DNA of 64,000 nt, from positions 34,021-98,020 of the IMG/VR virus record IMGVR_UViG_3300001687_000013; one strand, written 5' to 3'. The translations under genes were made by a program, and so were the position numbers. Shown piece by piece: positions 1-10,042 of the stretch. This stretch comes from a virus (lineage: Duplodnaviria; Caudoviricetes). Every line of letters starts with the position of its first letter. Positions within the stretch are counted from its first letter, which is position 1. The notes under the pieces were generated by a model. It was not told the DNA's origin, made no database searches, and was given only the letters and a program-made list of their open reading frames with translations.

Positions 1-31
1 TTTTTCATATACTTAATCTCCCATATATTTA

Positions 32-592
32 TTATCCAAACAACTTACTTAAGAGACCTTTTTCTTTCTCTTCTCGTGTTTGTTTTAACTTATTTCGACC
101 CCATGCAGTTACACCCATAACAGCACCAGGAATAGTAAATAGTAAGAATATATTAAAAACAAATTGTGGCATTGTGTTCATAACAGCAGGATTATTCATC
201 TTAACTGCCATTTTGAATGTGTCAATTAACACTACAATAACATATCCAAAACATCCACAGGACATAAAAGCCCATGCTGGTCTCCATGCCTTCTGATACC
301 ATTTATCAGCTTTTGTGTCATATTCTATCATTGTCTTGGCTACAACACCCATTTGCTCAGTATCAATCTTCCGCATATCTTTTTCGTATTCTTGAGTAGC
401 CTTCATAACTTCTAATTGAGTTTCAGGGGGGAGTTCTTTACCCTTAAGTTCTCCCATAGCATCTTCTAAGACACTTACTGCATTCTCTACTTTATTCTTT
501 TTGCTTCCAAACAGGCCCTTTATTTTAGAAATTGATTTGAATAATTTAATTCCTCCGAATATTAGACTAATTGGTTCCATAACTATCTCCAT
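32..592 (-). CDS. holin-like membrane protein (3TM/GTA-type holin family)
   Basis: Helical N-terminus, WY..AWRP motif, then two hydrophobic helices and a basic C-terminus; likely start at 580 (GGAGA RBS). Confidence 0.6.
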   Translation of the reverse strand: MEIVMEPISLIFGGIKLFKSISKIKGLFGSKKNKVENAVSVLEDAMGELKGKELPPETQLEVMKATQEYEKDMRKIDTEQMGVVAKTMIEYDTKADKWYQKAWRPAWAFMSCGCFGYVIVVLIDTFKMAVKMNNPAVMNTMPQFVFNIFLLFTIPGAVMGVTAWGRNKLKQTREEKEKGLLSKLFG

Positions 593-833
593 TTACATAA
601 ATTCTTGTTTCTTTCTTAGCAGTATCATTGACCATATTTACCAGGTCAATATAATACTCTGTAGACAGAAACTCTCTCTCTTCCTCTTTATAAGGCCCAG
701 TTTGTTTTCTATCTTCAATTCCCCTTACAATTGTATTTGCTGCTTTCATCAAGATATCTTTTGTTTCCTCATCATAATCATCGTCAGGAATAGGCCCATT
801 TATTTCATTAATTAATTGTTTAGCTTTAGTCAT
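567..833 (-). CDS. small protein with putative capsid-targeting leader (MTKAKQLINE)
   Basis: Coupled ORF carrying the leader shared by many ORFs in the window. Confidence 0.55.
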   Translation of the reverse strand: MTKAKQLINEINGPIPDDDYDEETKDILMKAANTIVRGIEDRKQTGPYKEEEREFLSTEYYIDLVNMVNDTAKKETRIYVNGDSYGTN

Positions 834-1135
834 ATTTTAGCTATCCTCCTGGCTATATTAATCATTCTCATAGCTTGAGTCTGATCCATATTAGTAGCAA
901 TTGCCAAAATAGATAATGCTGTACTGATATTTAACCGTGTATCCATATCTTCAGCAACAGCATAGTTGGAAGCCAGTTGTATAGTGGTAGTTACGAGTAA
1001 CCTACTTAATCCACTATTATTAGCCTCTTCTATTTGTTCAGGATCTTCTATTCTATTCTTTTCAGCATCTTCCAAAGCAGAAAGAGCTATATCTTTAGCT
1101 TCTTCCATTGAAATTTTATTATCCTGATCTGACAT
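830..1135 (-). CDS. hypothetical protein
   Basis: ORF in the operon, AAGGT RBS, acidic N-terminus. Confidence 0.6.
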   Translation of the reverse strand: MSDQDNKISMEEAKDIALSALEDAEKNRIEDPEQIEEANNSGLSRLLVTTTIQLASNYAVAEDMDTRLNISTALSILAIATNMDQTQAMRMINIARRIAKI

Positions 1136-1147
1136 AATGTACCTTTC

Positions 1148-1387
1148 TTACTTTACAACTTTGTGGGGAAATTTATCTTCCTCATAACTCACTTTTACTG
1201 TTGACCCATCAATAGCTTCCAGTTCTAATTCAATCTTTCCACCCTTCTTGGTCATCTTGATCACTTCTACAACACTTCCCTTTGGGATATCCTCAACATC
1301 AAATGCCAATTTTATCTGAGCACCTTTTCTTAAAGCTGCTTCAACCATGTTGTAGTAAAGTTCTGAAAATTCTTTAGCTTTACTCAT
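1148..1387 (-). CDS. small protein with putative capsid-targeting leader (MSKAKEFSELYYNMVE), SH3-like beta body
   Basis: Leader motif; AAGGAAGG RBS. Confidence 0.6.
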   Translation of the reverse strand: MSKAKEFSELYYNMVEAALRKGAQIKLAFDVEDIPKGSVVEVIKMTKKGGKIELELEAIDGSTVKVSYEEDKFPHKVVK

Positions 1388-1526
1388 CTAAACCTTCCTT
1401 CTTCTCAATCATTTTGGTCGTCTTATCCGTTACCAGTTTTTGAGTATCACCATCTAACTTCCTAAATTCATCTATTAGGGTCAAGACCTTGTAGATTCTT
1501 GACCCCAATGATTCCATTTGATTCAT
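1380..1526 (-). CDS. 48-aa ORF missing from the track (MNQMESLGSRIYKVLTLIDEF...)
   Basis: Translated by hand; GAGGA RBS; stop overlaps the start region of 1148..1387; fills the gap. Confidence 0.55.
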   Translation of the reverse strand: MNQMESLGSRIYKVLTLIDEFRKLDGDTQKLVTDKTTKMIEKKEGLDE

Positions 1527-1573
1527 AGGCTTCCTCTATATAATAATGGCCTATATATAATATTTTGTCCCAA

Positions 1574-1903
1574 TTATTTTTCCAAATTATAATTCTCAGC
1601 AGAATCTATAATTTTGAACAATTCAGCATATATTCTTTGAAAAAATGGTTTAAAAGCTTGAAGTGTTCTTTTTACAAAATCATAGTCATCATTTTCAAGA
1701 AGAATTATATTTTCATCATTAATTTCTTTTACAATGAAACGTCCATCTAAAAGATCATCAGCTTTTACAGCATCTTTATAGCTACCATATTGGGCTTGAT
1801 TTAAAGCAATCTTGATCAAATCAGAAGTATAAAAATCTTTCTTATCTGAATTTGGAGTTTCCCTAAAATTTTCTATAATGACTTTCTCCTTCAAAATTTT
1901 CAT
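1574..1903 (-). CDS. hypothetical protein
   Basis: AGGAG RBS, operon context. Confidence 0.6.
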   Translation of the reverse strand: MKILKEKVIIENFRETPNSDKKDFYTSDLIKIALNQAQYGSYKDAVKADDLLDGRFIVKEINDENIILLENDDYDFVKRTLQAFKPFFQRIYAELFKIIDSAENYNLEK

Positions 1904-1916
1904 TATCTTTCTCCTA

Positions 1917-2156
1917 TTAAATTATCTTATTAATAAAAAGTAGCAGATCATTTGAAGCATATCCAGAATCAATAACTTTATTGGCTCTTACTAACTTTGT
2001 GTCTGAATCTGCTATTCCAGTAGCAGTCTTCAAAGTATTAATATCTTCCTGAGAAGTATCAGGATGATTAGTTATACTTAAAATACTATAAACAGAAGCT
2101 TCAGAAACACCAAGTTCTGTAGATATACTATTTAAAATTGTTTTTAAACTTACCAT
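1917..2156 (-). CDS. hypothetical protein
   Basis: Operon context. Confidence 0.55.
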   Translation of the reverse strand: MVSLKTILNSISTELGVSEASVYSILSITNHPDTSQEDINTLKTATGIADSDTKLVRANKVIDSGYASNDLLLFINKII

Positions 2157-2165
2157 AATAATCCC

Positions 2166-3293
2166 TTAAACTATAGAAGTTATTCTACCATCTATTACTG
2201 TAACAGTCTTTCCATCATTGGTAGTAAATGTTCCACTAACTCCCTCTTTCATAATGATAGTTCCAGGATACTTAAAAGTATTTCCAAAAGAAGAACTATC
2301 ATCTACCATAATAATAGCATCACCTAAATTTACTATCCCAAAATCAACTTTATTAACTCCATCAGTACAAGAATTAATTTTTATTCGTGATCCAGCACCA
2401 ACAACTCCAAAAGAACTATATGATCCATTATCTTCAAATTTTATTGACTGTAATACTACTTGTGAACAACCAAAAGCAGTAACACACATAGACCAATCAC
2501 CTTTTGATTGCAGTGTAACATCTGTTATCCATATAGTTCCACTATTTAAAGTTAAATTGAATATTTCATATTCTTCTACACCCACAATTACAACATCATC
2601 TTGATCATAAGTAGAAGAAGATATATTTATATCAACATTACTAAAACCAGATAATCTAATAGTATTTGTCAAAGTGTAAGTTCCTGGTTTACAATAAATA
2701 TAAACTGATACCCATGAATCTGCTATCCTGGGTAATATAGATAATGCATGTTGGATAGTTTTAAATGGTTCTGTTTCAGTACCAGGATTTTCATCACTAC
2801 CACTTGTGTCATCTATCCAATAATTTATTTCCGTATAAGATCCAGTAGGAGTAATCCTCTCTGGTTTATGATCATCTAAATATTCTTGACTATACTTATC
2901 AAGATTAGTAATATCATTTTCTATATGGGTATGTGGTAAAACAGGTTGAGTGCTCCAACTATTGTTAGTATAAAAATATAATATGTCTTCAGATTCTACA
3001 TAAGTTACCATACCTTCATCAGGAGATGTGGTATACCACTCACTACCAGACCATTCAATTATACAATTCTCATAGTTACCTGACCCAGTAAATAAATACC
3101 TATTCCCCACACTTGGACTACCTGGAAGAGTAGAAATTACTTCTTTCACACTTTCTTGCCAATCACAAACATAACTTTTAAATAATTGACTCTTTTTAAT
3201 GAGACAATTTATCTCATCAGTAATTTGTTGATTAATATCTCCTACCCATCTAATAGTCCTACCAGTATTAATTATATATGAATTATTAGACAT
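2166..3293 (-). CDS. fibre/spike protein: GxTIRW leader, DUF2793-like domain, pectin-lyase-like beta-helix
   Basis: GSDENPGT..PFKTIQHAL beta-helix cap; N-terminus paralogous to 3298..5172; C-terminal GTFTTNDGKTVTVIDGRITSI. Confidence 0.7.
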   Translation of the reverse strand: MSNNSYIINTGRTIRWVGDINQQITDEINCLIKKSQLFKSYVCDWQESVKEVISTLPGSPSVGNRYLFTGSGNYENCIIEWSGSEWYTTSPDEGMVTYVESEDILYFYTNNSWSTQPVLPHTHIENDITNLDKYSQEYLDDHKPERITPTGSYTEINYWIDDTSGSDENPGTETEPFKTIQHALSILPRIADSWVSVYIYCKPGTYTLTNTIRLSGFSNVDINISSSTYDQDDVVIVGVEEYEIFNLTLNSGTIWITDVTLQSKGDWSMCVTAFGCSQVVLQSIKFEDNGSYSSFGVVGAGSRIKINSCTDGVNKVDFGIVNLGDAIIMVDDSSSFGNTFKYPGTIIMKEGVSGTFTTNDGKTVTVIDGRITSIV

Positions 3294-3297
3294 TTAC

Positions 3298-5172
3298 TTA
3301 ACTCCAAACTGTTCCAGCAGAATGATCATGTACTATTGTATAAGTAGTTGTTCCCCCTGCTGTAGAAGCTACCAATACGTCACCATCATCACCTAATCCT
3401 GTACCATCTGACATCCAAGTTATAGCTAATCCTTCAGGTGGTTTCTCAGGATCGGTTGATCTTTCCAACAATCCTAATACATTATCAACAGTAAACAATT
3501 TATCTTTTAGATTTACCATTGGTGAACCATTTATGATAATATTCATTTCGTCAGTATCATGATCATAATCAAATCCAGCAACATCTTCGTCATCAGTATC
3601 ACCAAAATACAACCTGGTATTTCCAGCAGTGCTACCCATAATTGTAATCTGGGCGTTAGCTGCTCCAATAAAACAAGCTACTGTTGCTCCAAGTAATGTT
3701 GGAGGAGTTACAGCACTTGCTACTCTAACATCAAGAGGTACTATAGCATTATAGTTAGCTGTAGGACTTACAGCTAATCCACCTGATGTAAGTCTGGTTC
3801 TTGCTACACCACCAACTGCTTGTTCCATATAATTAGAGGTATGATTAAAAGCCAACCATGCAGCACCTTGAGCATCAGTATCACTAAAGAAAATATACCC
3901 AGTATGTGTATTAGCAGAGACAATAGAGATAGCAGCATTATCAGGCCCAACAAATATAGCTGCATTATAAGCGGATAATGCAGGAGGAGTTATTGGACTT
4001 GCTGTCCTCACATCTAATGGGGTAACTGCTACATCATCTATACCCATATCTGGTTGTACCCTAAAACCTGTAGGTGTTAAAGCTGCTTTTTCTGTACCAC
4101 CTACACCAACAACCATTTTGTTGATATTAGCACCAGGCCAAATCCAAGCCACATCTTGATATGTATCTCCACGACTTGCACCACCTAAACCTATCTCAAA
4201 TGCGTGACTTGCATCATTCAAAAACTGAATACCTGAATAGGCCAATTCACCAGTGCTTGTATTATGAATTCTGGCTACATAACCACTATTATGATCTTTG
4301 TAAAGTAATAGTGGAAGACCAGACCAAGTACCAGCCCAATCACTCCCTATTGTTAAACCATGTTTGTCTTCAGTAAAATTGAATGTAAAACATCTATTTC
4401 CAGCATTATCTTCAATAATCAGTTTGTATGGTTCTGACCCATCTGGCCCAGGATCAGCTTGTAATTTTACATCAACTCGTCTATCTTCAGCATGAGAATT
4501 AGTTGTATCCCATACTGACCCTTTAAACTGAAGTTCATAAGAACCGTATGTATCAGGTATACCTGTAGCAGTACCAGTTTTATTAAATAAAACATCCCCA
4601 CCAAGAGTCCCACCTGTTAAAAGCAAATATCTTCCATCATGATTATGTGCTGTATCTGATTTTCCAGATAGAAGTGTATCCATCTCACTTTCAGTGTAAT
4701 ACCTATCGTCATGATTATGAACTGAATTAGCTTTTCCACTTAATAAACTATCAACTTCAGATTGAGAATATTTATCCAGATCTGTAATTTGATTTTCTGT
4801 GTGAGTATGAGCTACTACTGGTTGAACAATCCAATCTATCCCATTATAGTAGTATGGTACATCCTCATCTTCAACAAAGGCTGTCATTCCTTCATCGGGA
4901 GCAGTATAAATCCATTCATCACCATCATATTCTATGAGATAGTTTTCATGTACTCCTGCCCCAGTAAATATGTACCTATCACCACTTTCAGGACTTAAAG
5001 GTATAGTGCCCACTACACTTTTGACACTTTCCTGCCAGTCTCCACCAATACCACCAGTAAAGAACATGGCCTTTCGTCTAAGATATGCAAGTTCATCTAA
5101 GATACTCTGGGTAGCTTCCCCAGTCCATCTTATAGTCTTTCCTGAACTTGTAATATATGAATTATCTGACAT
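3298..5172 (-). CDS. tail-fibre-like protein: GxTIRW leader, DUF2793-like domain, HxH metal-binding repeats
   Basis: HTH and HNHDDRYYTESE fibre motifs, repeated beta modules. Confidence 0.7.
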   Translation of the reverse strand: MSDNSYITSSGKTIRWTGEATQSILDELAYLRRKAMFFTGGIGGDWQESVKSVVGTIPLSPESGDRYIFTGAGVHENYLIEYDGDEWIYTAPDEGMTAFVEDEDVPYYYNGIDWIVQPVVAHTHTENQITDLDKYSQSEVDSLLSGKANSVHNHDDRYYTESEMDTLLSGKSDTAHNHDGRYLLLTGGTLGGDVLFNKTGTATGIPDTYGSYELQFKGSVWDTTNSHAEDRRVDVKLQADPGPDGSEPYKLIIEDNAGNRCFTFNFTEDKHGLTIGSDWAGTWSGLPLLLYKDHNSGYVARIHNTSTGELAYSGIQFLNDASHAFEIGLGGASRGDTYQDVAWIWPGANINKMVVGVGGTEKAALTPTGFRVQPDMGIDDVAVTPLDVRTASPITPPALSAYNAAIFVGPDNAAISIVSANTHTGYIFFSDTDAQGAAWLAFNHTSNYMEQAVGGVARTRLTSGGLAVSPTANYNAIVPLDVRVASAVTPPTLLGATVACFIGAANAQITIMGSTAGNTRLYFGDTDDEDVAGFDYDHDTDEMNIIINGSPMVNLKDKLFTVDNVLGLLERSTDPEKPPEGLAITWMSDGTGLGDDGDVLVASTAGGTTTYTIVHDHSAGTVWS

Positions 5173-5184
5173 TACCTTTTTTCC

Positions 5185-5532
5185 TTATATTGTTACATTT
5201 AAATCTTTGTCTTGTTCTGTTATGGTAGTATCATTTTCATAACTTATAACAACTGTATCTACATCATTCTTCATCCTGGTTTTTCTGGCAACACCATCTA
5301 TCTCTTCATCCAAATAACCTTCTACATAGGCTTTTATTTCGGCAGAAGTTTGGTTAGGCCAGTTAGTAAATTCTGAAGAGGGGGCAAACCAATCTAAAAA
5401 TGTAGATTTCTTTAATTCTTCGGTAGTATCATCGACTTTATCAAGAACAACACCTATAACTAAACCTACAACAACCCCATCTTCTAATCTCTTTTCAGTT
5501 TTAACAACTTTATAATTATAATTATATCCCAT
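5185..5532 (-). CDS. hypothetical protein, possible fibre chaperone or adaptor
   Basis: Small ORF between two fibre genes. Confidence 0.5.
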   Translation of the reverse strand: MGYNYNYKVVKTEKRLEDGVVVGLVIGVVLDKVDDTTEELKKSTFLDWFAPSSEFTNWPNQTSAEIKAYVEGYLDEEIDGVARKTRMKNDVDTVVISYENDTTITEQDKDLNVTI

Positions 5533-5540
5533 AAATTTTC

Positions 5541-7934
5541 CTATTCTGAAGCAGTTGGAGCATTATAGAATGGTACATAATAATATCCACTGGTAATTTG
5601 TTGAGCACCTGCTATCAAATCATTAATATATATTTTAAACCATCCTACTAAATCTCCTGGTACATCATAGTACACTGGATTTACAAAACTATATGAATTA
5701 TCAAGAGAATAACTATATCCTTTTAAATGTAAAAAGGCTGCATCTCCATCCATTTGACGTATACATACTGCATCTCCACCTGAGTTTGATGGTTGTTTAA
5801 CATCAAGAATATATTCTGGTACACCTGCTCTAATCCCAACCATACCTAATGCCATAGTTAAACAGTCAGTGTTATATACCCCTAAAGCAAGTAGTCCTGC
5901 ACCACCATCAACATACATATAACCATAGTTACTTCCTGTCTGAAGTCTAATTAATGCTTGATTACTATCTGTAGAATAAATTCTAAAACCAGTATCTCCT
6001 GTTTTCTGTATATCAAAATTATATCCAGGAGAACTTGTACCAATACCAATATATTGTGAACTCCCTTCAACAAATAGTGCATTATTATCACCAATAAGAA
6101 CGTCAATATCTTGACCTGCTTCTGATGCAAGGTTTAGAATATTTTGAGTCGTTTCATGGGCATCAATCATCACACGAGTTCCAGCATACAGTGTCCATCT
6201 GTCCTCTCTAAAATACATACCTGTATTAGGATCACCGAGATGCATTACATATGCAGGAACCCAAATTGTAGGTTCAGAATTGGTTACATTATCAAATTGA
6301 ATCATCTCAGTATCATCATTAGCATAAAGACTTAAGGAATATGGTTCACTACCTTCTTCACCAGATCCAGCATTTAGTGTCCAGTACATCTCTCTATCTT
6401 CAGCTTGAGTATTTGTTGTATCCCATACTGAAGCTCTATATCTAAGTTCATAAGATGAATATTGAGTATCTACTGTTGCTGTACCTGTCTTTTGAACTAA
6501 TATACCATCTGTATTAAATCTTAAAATTTCAGCTATATCATTTGTTCCATCACTGACTTTAAAAGAAATAGCTGTTGGAACATATGTACTTGGAGATCCA
6601 TCTACTATAAAATCTATAAGACCAGCATTGACAAAATCACTACCAGTATAACCTTGGATAAGTATACCACCTAAAGTATCACCATCAGTTATAGTGGCTT
6701 TAGATAGGATAGCCCCTCTACCTCTACGTATTTTATAATAAGAACCCTGAACACCATCATTAAAAGATTCTAAATCAACATTACCATCATTACTAAATAC
6801 TGTAAAAACATCCTCTTCAGTAATATGATCGACAGAACCTACAACTACTGTAGCATGTGTTTGTCTTCCGACTCTCAAGACATCTATAGAATCATAAGCA
6901 AATACAATTCCACCAGAATCATTGATATCAATAAAAGTAGTAGAATCCCCATATTTATACATCCTTCCACCATGAAAGGTATTAGATGTAAAAGTAGTAG
7001 GCCCATAAAAAATAGAAGTTTTTGTACTTCCTGATAATTGATATCCTTTAGCCCCTTCAGTAAAAAATTCAAACTTATTAGCAGTAAGTTGTATATATGT
7101 ATCAGGATCACCAGAATGGTAAATGTTATCTGCTATATATGCTGATCCTCTGACCTCTAATGACCCAGAAATTAATGCATCTGTAGTACCTGTTAAGGAA
7201 TTTTCACTGGATGTTGACCCTAAATGTAATCCAACTTCTGGGTTATCATTTGCAAGTCCCCATCTACCTGCTAAAGTTACTCGTGATCTCTCTCCACCAC
7301 CAGTATATAAAAGTAGTGCATCAACAGCATGATCATAAATCCAAGCTCCACGGGCTTCCTGACCAGAATCACCAAAATATAATCCACCCCTCTTGGCATC
7401 ATCAGAAATTATAACCATTCCATTATTTTTACCAGATTCACCAACTATAACAAAATGTGTTGTAGCTGAAAGTGCTGGAAAACTTACTGGGGTATTAGGG
7501 TCAATAATAAATAAACGTTTATTAAGAAAATCCATCCTTAATTGTTCATTTGAACCATTATCATAAATTGACAAATAATAAGGTTCTGAAGCATTTGCTC
7601 CTGATCCAGCATTCAATTTTATTTTAGCTGTTCTATCTTCATTTTGGGATAAAGTTTCGTCCCAAACAGAGGAAATAAATCTTAACTCATAACTTGGATA
7701 TTGAGTCCCAGCATCAGCAGTCCCAGATTTATTAAGAGTGAGATTATCACTACCAAGAGTAATTGCAGTTCTCCACTCAAGTCTACTGTCAGAATTATTC
7801 CACCCAAGGATAGCACCATCAGAGGGATCATTAAAAATTGACATTTTGGCTTCAGTTATAGCACCATCAGCTATATCGACAGTATTTATGTCAGAATTTT
7901 TAATTTGTGTTCCTTTTATTTCAGTTCTTGGCAT
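5541..7934 (-). CDS. long tail-fibre-like protein
   Basis: DIADGAIT shaft motif, IGIGTSSP-type beta repeats, internal duplications. Confidence 0.7.
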   Translation of the reverse strand: MPRTEIKGTQIKNSDINTVDIADGAITEAKMSIFNDPSDGAILGWNNSDSRLEWRTAITLGSDNLTLNKSGTADAGTQYPSYELRFISSVWDETLSQNEDRTAKIKLNAGSGANASEPYYLSIYDNGSNEQLRMDFLNKRLFIIDPNTPVSFPALSATTHFVIVGESGKNNGMVIISDDAKRGGLYFGDSGQEARGAWIYDHAVDALLLYTGGGERSRVTLAGRWGLANDNPEVGLHLGSTSSENSLTGTTDALISGSLEVRGSAYIADNIYHSGDPDTYIQLTANKFEFFTEGAKGYQLSGSTKTSIFYGPTTFTSNTFHGGRMYKYGDSTTFIDINDSGGIVFAYDSIDVLRVGRQTHATVVVGSVDHITEEDVFTVFSNDGNVDLESFNDGVQGSYYKIRRGRGAILSKATITDGDTLGGILIQGYTGSDFVNAGLIDFIVDGSPSTYVPTAISFKVSDGTNDIAEILRFNTDGILVQKTGTATVDTQYSSYELRYRASVWDTTNTQAEDREMYWTLNAGSGEEGSEPYSLSLYANDDTEMIQFDNVTNSEPTIWVPAYVMHLGDPNTGMYFREDRWTLYAGTRVMIDAHETTQNILNLASEAGQDIDVLIGDNNALFVEGSSQYIGIGTSSPGYNFDIQKTGDTGFRIYSTDSNQALIRLQTGSNYGYMYVDGGAGLLALGVYNTDCLTMALGMVGIRAGVPEYILDVKQPSNSGGDAVCIRQMDGDAAFLHLKGYSYSLDNSYSFVNPVYYDVPGDLVGWFKIYINDLIAGAQQITSGYYYVPFYNAPTASE

Positions 7935-7938
7935 TTGT

Positions 7939-9381
7939 TTAATCCGTTGCTAAATAGCATATTTGTAATATATCATCAGAGCTTGGAGTATCATTAAATG
8001 TAATGTTTTTACCAGATATAGTATAATCATTACTTGCTCCATCTCTTAGTAACATTCCGTTTTTATAAACCCTAACAGTCCCAGTATCGGGAGTATATGT
8101 TAAAGCAAATACTGTAGTTGATCCATCAGGAGATAATATTTCTGAAGTAACTCTTCTATATAATTTCCCATATCCAGACAATCCCCTAAGTATAAATCTC
8201 TCAGGTGCTCTAATCTGTCTATCATCTATCTTAGTTCCTGTTGAACCTAAGATTTGTGTCCCACTATATAAATTTGAGGGATCTGACATTTCCTGCCATA
8301 CGTAAAGCATAGATGGTGGAGTTGAAGAATCACACACTATACCTTGTGGATATCTTTGATCGACTGCTTCATCTGTAAGAACTTCAGTATCTCCCCATTC
8401 ACCTACAAAAGGAGGTGAATCATTAGTAGCTTCCCAAACTTTCTGACAGATCTGGTACTTATCAGTATTTGTTCCATAACCAAGACCAGCCCATAATAAT
8501 ACATACATATAAGTAGCATTTGCTGTATAATGAACTCTGGGCCATAATTGATCTACACTCTCATCAGTAATTTTAGTCTCTCCACTCCAACTAACTCCAT
8601 TATGCCTATTTACATATATCTGATAAATCCCACTATACTTTTGATTCCAAGATACCCAAATATCTCCAACAGCAGATCTAAGAATAGCAGGAGTTTTTGC
8701 TGATGAATCAATACTACTTAGTGAAACAGGACTACTCCAAGATCCATTTGTAACATTTACATAAGCAAATCGTACTTCTCTGGTATTAGTAGGATCAGCA
8801 GCAGTATATCTTCTATATGCTACCATAATATATGGATGACTATAAGCAGCATCCATATATTGATACCTATAGGCTGTACTCTCTTCATTAAAGGTACTAC
8901 CTAATTGTGACCAACCTGATCCTTGATCTCTATATAGCTTAGTTTCATTCTGAGTACCACTCCATGAACTCTTAATAGTATAACGTTCACTCTCATCCTG
9001 TTTTCCAAAATAAAAACAATCATAATTATTACCAGAATTGATAACTTCTTCATCCTGCCAACCAGTACCATCTGCATCGTACCAGTACGTACTCCAAACG
9101 ATAGATGAAGATATTGCTTTACAGCCTAAGTACATATTACTCACAGCATTAGTATACATAGTTGGAGTATACCAAGTATGATAACCGTCATTTAATCTAA
9201 AGGTCTCACTCCAACTTGTAAATGGTGATGTACTTTGGTATAAATAGGGTCTCCATGTAGGGGACGTTTCTCTATCATCCATATTAAAAGCTACGTAATA
9301 AACCCCACCAGCACGACCCAGAGAGTAATGAGGAAGACCTGTATGTAAATTGGTTGATATTAAGTTTCTTGTGATAGTCAT
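7939..9381 (-). CDS. beta-propeller (sialidase/BNR-like) fused to a C-terminal copy of the 102-aa virion protein at 16992..17300
   Basis: Repeated GxW blades; last ~100 aa align with 16992..17300 and both end in YLATD. Confidence 0.65.
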   Translation of the reverse strand: MTITRNLISTNLHTGLPHYSLGRAGGVYYVAFNMDDRETSPTWRPYLYQSTSPFTSWSETFRLNDGYHTWYTPTMYTNAVSNMYLGCKAISSSIVWSTYWYDADGTGWQDEEVINSGNNYDCFYFGKQDESERYTIKSSWSGTQNETKLYRDQGSGWSQLGSTFNEESTAYRYQYMDAAYSHPYIMVAYRRYTAADPTNTREVRFAYVNVTNGSWSSPVSLSSIDSSAKTPAILRSAVGDIWVSWNQKYSGIYQIYVNRHNGVSWSGETKITDESVDQLWPRVHYTANATYMYVLLWAGLGYGTNTDKYQICQKVWEATNDSPPFVGEWGDTEVLTDEAVDQRYPQGIVCDSSTPPSMLYVWQEMSDPSNLYSGTQILGSTGTKIDDRQIRAPERFILRGLSGYGKLYRRVTSEILSPDGSTTVFALTYTPDTGTVRVYKNGMLLRDGASNDYTISGKNITFNDTPSSDDILQICYLATD

Positions 9382-9428
9382 AGTATCTCCTTAATGGTAT
9401 TTTTAGTTAAAGCCATTTTTTTCCTCTC

Positions 9429-9821
9429 TTATAAAAAGACTCTTTGTCTGTCAGCATCACCAAAATAATCTTTAGCCCATCTTAGGATAATATCTAAACT
9501 ATAATAGTTACTTTTGCTAATTGTATTAGCAAATGCCCTAATCATGTCTGGATCTAAATTTACAGGATCAATTTGATTATCTTGTAAAAATTGATCCCAG
9601 AGCAATGTTATTTTTTGATTATCATAACCTGGATTACTAAATGAAGGCATTACAAACTTACTTGCTGGATTGATAGTTTTAGTAACATTATTCATTGTAT
9701 CAACATTAGTAACTCCACCATTATTAAATGCTACATTATCACCATCTACTTCAATTGTAATAGTAACTTTTTGTTCATCCAGTCTTTCTAACTGTTTCAA
9801 TAAATTTTTAGCTTTTGTCAT
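9429..9821 (-). CDS. protein with putative capsid-targeting leader (MTKAKNLLKQLERLDE)
   Basis: Leader motif; ATG at 9821. Confidence 0.6.
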   Translation of the reverse strand: MTKAKNLLKQLERLDEQKVTITIEVDGDNVAFNNGGVTNVDTMNNVTKTINPASKFVMPSFSNPGYDNQKITLLWDQFLQDNQIDPVNLDPDMIRAFANTISKSNYYSLDIILRWAKDYFGDADRQRVFL

Positions 9822-9832
9822 TACCAATGCCT

Positions 9833-10033
9833 TTATTTAGGTAAAAGTTCTATTGTTAAGATATCTCCACTGATATCATAAGTTATATCTTTAATCTGGT
9901 AAGCTTGTCCCTCAGAAGTAACACTACCAGATGATTCCATAATTAACTTTAACATTTCAATTAAATAAGGTACTAATGCACTTTCTTTTAAAATAACCCT
10001 GTCATTTTTATTATCAATAAAATGTATTTTCAT
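9833..10033 (-). CDS. hypothetical protein
   Basis: AAGGAG RBS. Confidence 0.6.
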   Translation of the reverse strand: MKIHFIDNKNDRVILKESALVPYLIEMLKLIMESSGSVTSEGQAYQIKDITYDISGDILTIELLPK

Positions 10034-10042
10034 GATCTCTCC

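Noticed and set aside
32..592. Holin without an endolysin as an unusual lysis system
   Set aside because: The operon continues beyond the left edge of the window, so absence cannot be judged.
1478..1505. 9-bp inverted repeat GGGTCAAGA...TCTTGACCC
   Set aside because: It is inside the 48-aa ORF, has no U-tract, and is short enough to be chance.
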